A DNA stretch of 54,056 nt from Aplysia californica (Eukaryota): positions 379,490 to 433,545 of the forward strand of contig NW_004797687.1 of the NCBI RefSeq assembly GCF_000002075.1, read 5' to 3'. The notes under the pieces were generated by a model, which saw nothing but the letters and a program-made list of their open reading frames with translations, had not been told where the DNA came from and did no database searches. Shown in pieces: positions 50,218-54,056 of this stretch; the stretch's first letter is position 1, and each line of letters begins with the position of its first letter. Both the position numbers and the translations under genes were made by a program.

Positions 50218-51045
50218 AAGTCTGTTATAAAGACACGATTCTAAAACCCCGCTTTTTTCTCTTCTTTACCTTTGTAAATAAAATACTGCTATAGCGCAGT
50301 CAGACAAACATGCGAGTCGTTTATAGCGGAATATAACTGCTGCTGTGCACAGTGCATGGGCCAATTATACATAAAGTAAAACCTCACCAGTTGAGAAAGT
50401 TGTTGGTGATCTAGCGAAACAAAGAATGGGAGAGCCCATGTGTGCCAACAATGAAGGCCAGAGCGGCTGAGTGGGTAGGATGTGGCATGCGCAAACAAGA
50501 CGAAAGCATCGCGTGATAGGCCAGCGTAAGCCTAGTTTAGATTATCAAGGCCTACCATGCCTCTCACTTTTCCGATGCGGGGATGGAGAGGTCACAGTGC
50601 TGTGACTACTGTGAGTGATGGATTGAGCGAATGTATGACGTGCGCAAGCAGACAGAGGGCACCACAGGGTGGGGTGGGGCGGGGGAAAACCACAGAATTC
50701 TACACTTAAGTGTAGAATTCTGTGGGGAAAACACAGTGGGCGAGTTAGCCCAGAGCCCTTTCTTTCTGATCGCCAACGCCGAGCTGTCAGTTCACATCGC
50801 TAGATTTAGCGCAAGAGAAGGAAACCTTATTCGATTTTTGATCAAGTAAGACCTAGAGGTCATGTTGAAACAAAATCATCATCAGGGGAGATAGCAAAAG
50901 GAAATAAACAGAACTCCAAACTCATAGATTAGGCCTACTTTACAGTTTCCCTTGAATTTATTACTGGATCCCTTATAGCGAGAATCCTGCTATAACGGAC
51001 ATTTTGCTCCGGTCCTCTCCTTCTCGTTATAACAGGATTCCACTG
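50218..51045. mobile_element. pogo/Tigger-like MITE (duplicate of 17797-18603)
   Basis: Right TIR ...GGATTCCACTG|TA. Confidence 0.8.
50691..50724. mobile_element. 34-bp perfect palindrome with 8-bp TSD, probable P-superfamily excision footprint
   Basis: GGGAAAAC|CACAGAATTCTACACTT AAGTGTAGAATTCTGTG|GGGAAAAC. Confidence 0.7.
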
Positions 51046-52026
51046 TATTAGCCTGTGACTGAATCTATTAACAACATAATTTCCAAAGGTTGGGGGTTAA
51101 CAAAAACCGTGAATATATTTTATATAATATAGAAATTTGGCCCTTGTTGCTAGATCAAAATTTAAATGTTCTTCTTCTAATTCTGGGTCCCCATGGTTTT
51201 ATGCACCCCGCATAATTTAAATAGGATCGTTTTTTGCATAATTTCTGAATATTTTCCTTTATCATTCTTTGCTAAAATTAACACAATCGCATAATTTCAC
51301 ATTTTTGGGCTCAGTTTGCATAATTTCATAATTATTTTTTGTGTGTGCATAAAACCATGGGGACAGATCTATGGATTGAATCAGTTGTACCTCTACATGA
51401 CCTATTTAAGAATAAGTAATGTATAGAGGTCTAGAAGAAGTTTATTTTGTCGCAGTCATACACATGAATGTAGATCGGTCGGAGGGGAGAAGCTGGTTGG
51501 TGGTAAATTTGGATTTTCCAGTCAGTGGGTCAACGGTACATTTCTCAATTTCAGTGTCAAAGTCCATTGCCCGTTCACTATTTGTTTTTTTAGTAAAGTT
51601 TTACGGCGCTCGCATACAATACATAAAAGTCATATGAGCGCCAAGGGGTGGATGTCAACAGAGAAGCCCAAACGGGGAATCAGGCTTACTCTGCGCATAT
51701 CATGATCTCTCTAGCCTCAACAGCACAAGTCTGCTTCGAATATCAAGGCACCTCGGAAAAAGCAGTTCACAAATGAGTGACGAACATACAGAAGAAGTAG
51801 AAAAAAATGACGATAGTAAGGATGAGGAAAGAAAACCATCCACTGTCCTCCCTTCATCATTTCTACAGGGCATGGGTAGTGGCAGTAGTCGATACTCACT
51901 GTCCAATTATCGAGTACTCTATCGAGTACTCTATCGAGTTCTCTATCGACTACGGTTTCGGTAATACAGCAACAAAGGTCAATTTTACCAAACAGTTCAC
52001 TTTTCTCTAATTTTGAGCAACTTAAA

Positions 52027-52083
<57 letters not shown>

Positions 52084-52252
52084 TCACTAGAAACAATTGC
52101 CAGTGGTGCCATTTGAGAATTTGAAGAAGTTCGAACCCTACCACTAGGGCCTACATGTACATAATATGTACCAAGCCAAGAGAAAAGAAATTGAAGGGCA
52201 AATCCCTTGACTTTTATGCGAGAAGGTTCGGTTTGACTAGCACTAACAGTAG

Positions 52253-52303
<51 letters not shown>

Positions 52304-52868
52304 ACACACAAACAAACAAACTTCTTAAAATACAAAAATGACATAAATGTACTATTATATTACATTAAATGAAATAGACACAATGCACATTATTTCAGTT
52401 CAAGAAACTGTTTTTAATCTCTACTAAACTAAATGGTAACAAGCAAAATACATCAGAGTCAGAAGAAATCAACAATACACAATCAGTCATTACTGATTCG
52501 TTTGCTTCAAATATAAAAATTTAAAATACTGTATACCTAATACCTGCATGCACAATTGGTCGCTTTTAAGGACAAGCGGGCTAACCCAGATTTCGGGGGT
52601 TTCCAGAAATTTTGACGTACACAAAAAGTTGGTATTGCCCTACCTATAGGAGAAGTTTAGTTTCATTGGTGTGTATATATCTGTTTGGTTATAAGAGAAA
52701 ATTCTCTTGTCTTTTACAGAAACTGAACAAGGGGCAAAAACTTTACCTTTGTTGATTTTCTCAAAAAAACATTTTTCGGGATAGCCACATTGTGCTTAAA
52801 AGAGACCAATTCTCAATTGAAAAGCTTTTGTGACTGATATAATAATAAATAAAAAATATATTTATATA

Positions 52869-53053
52869 CAGTGGAAACCATATATAACAGGCCCGGTAAT
52901 AACAGGGATCCGGTAATAACAGGGATTTTTAAATCCCCGTTTTTTCCTACTCTTTGCCTCTATTACAAGTTATCGGCAAGAATAGGGCCTCATCGGAGCC
53001 AAATCGGTCATAGCAGGGACAAAAGCTTGTTAACAATGAGTTTTAAAAAAAAG

Positions 53054-53129
<76 letters not shown>

Positions 53130-53417
53130 AAACAGTGATGGAGCAAGCCCACGCAAGCCATGCCACTGCAAGCACACGCAGCGGGTTAAGCAAGAGAGGG
53201 CTGTGGTGTGCTGCAGACTTCAAACAAGCCCTAAGCCTAGCTACACGCAAGCGTAATGTGTCATGCGCAGGCCATGGGAAACTACCCATGAATAAATACA
53301 GCTGGATTAGTCAACAAATGCTTACTTCCCTTGCCTTTCTGATTTAACAGGGATCTGATATAACATGACTTTTTCTCTGGTCCCAACATTCCTGTTATAC
53401 ATATCAGGTTTCCCCTG
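52869..53417. mobile_element. pogo/Tigger-like MITE with internal (GA)n (duplicate of 20436-20999)
   Basis: Same TIRs; (GA)n ~53059-53127. Confidence 0.8.
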
Positions 53418-54056
53418 TAGCCTATATATATGATACAAATTAGAGATAGATATATAATACATTTTATAGTCAGCGAAGGTGACCACATATATATGCAACC
53501 ACATGTCACTATAATATGGATCTTCTAAATAAAGCAGAAAAATGAACAAGAATCAACAGAATACCTTCCCTTGGATTGTCTGTTGACTTATAATATGTAT
53601 TATAATCCACTTCCTTCTTCGTCTCCACTTTCGTTGAAGATGGTAGTCCAAATATTTTTAAAATGTTAGTTGAAAAACTTGGTTCGTGAGATTTTTCGGT
53701 AAGTTATTCAAGTGGAGATGTTAAAAAAGTGGGCTTCCCACCCTGCCACTGCCAGTAAAGACCAACCCAAGCTGAGAGAGACACAACATCCCAGCGGATG
53801 ATTCTCCCCTCAAGAATAGAACTTGGGTCTCTTTCATGCAACAAGAAAACGCCCCACAGCTACACAACAGATCTGTCCCCGTCGTTTTATGCTAGAAAAA
53901 TTCTGAAATTATGCAAACTGAGCCCAAAAATGTGAAATTATGCGATTCTGTTAATTTTAACAAAGAATGATAAAGCAAAATAATCAGAAATTATGCAAAA
54001 AATGATCAAATTTTGCTAAATTAAGCGGGGCGCATAAAACCACGGGGACAAACAGT

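Larger units (their letters stand above)
29271..54056. repeat. Copy B of the duplicated ZNF + H1 unit
   Basis: See copy A. Confidence 0.95.

Noticed and set aside
53469-53531. ~63-bp segment present only in copy B; similarly ~10902-11115 only in copy A
   Set aside because: No clear TIR/TSD; treated as ordinary indels

Overview
AT-rich, gapped eukaryotic (metazoan) genomic DNA, probably molluscan. That assignment is inferred from the H1 sequence and the Deu/Nin-type SINE. The window is mostly two copies of a ~29-30 kb unit (1..~21575 vs 29271..54056), joined by a ~3.9 kb block repeated on both sides of a 100-N gap. The more complete copy carries one long C2H2 zinc-finger ORF (946 aa, 22 finger units, acidic N-terminus rich in psi-K-x-E motifs). 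It also carries two divergently oriented histone H1 genes on the arms of a multi-kb inverted repeat, with no core histones in the window. Three H1 copies are visible (two intact, one with a +1 homopolymer frameshift), each with a canonical 3' stem-loop and E2F/DRE/octamer/TATA/Inr promoter motifs; a fourth is predicted inside the gap at 6660-6759. The other ZNF copies are broken, and one differs mainly at DNA-contacting helix positions. The remainder is RTE, L2 and I/Nimb LINE fragments, tRNA-derived SINEs and many MITEs. Comparing the duplicates reveals filled and empty transposon sites: TTAA piggyBac-type insertions, TA-palindrome footprints and 17+17-bp P-element-like footprints with 8-bp TSDs.
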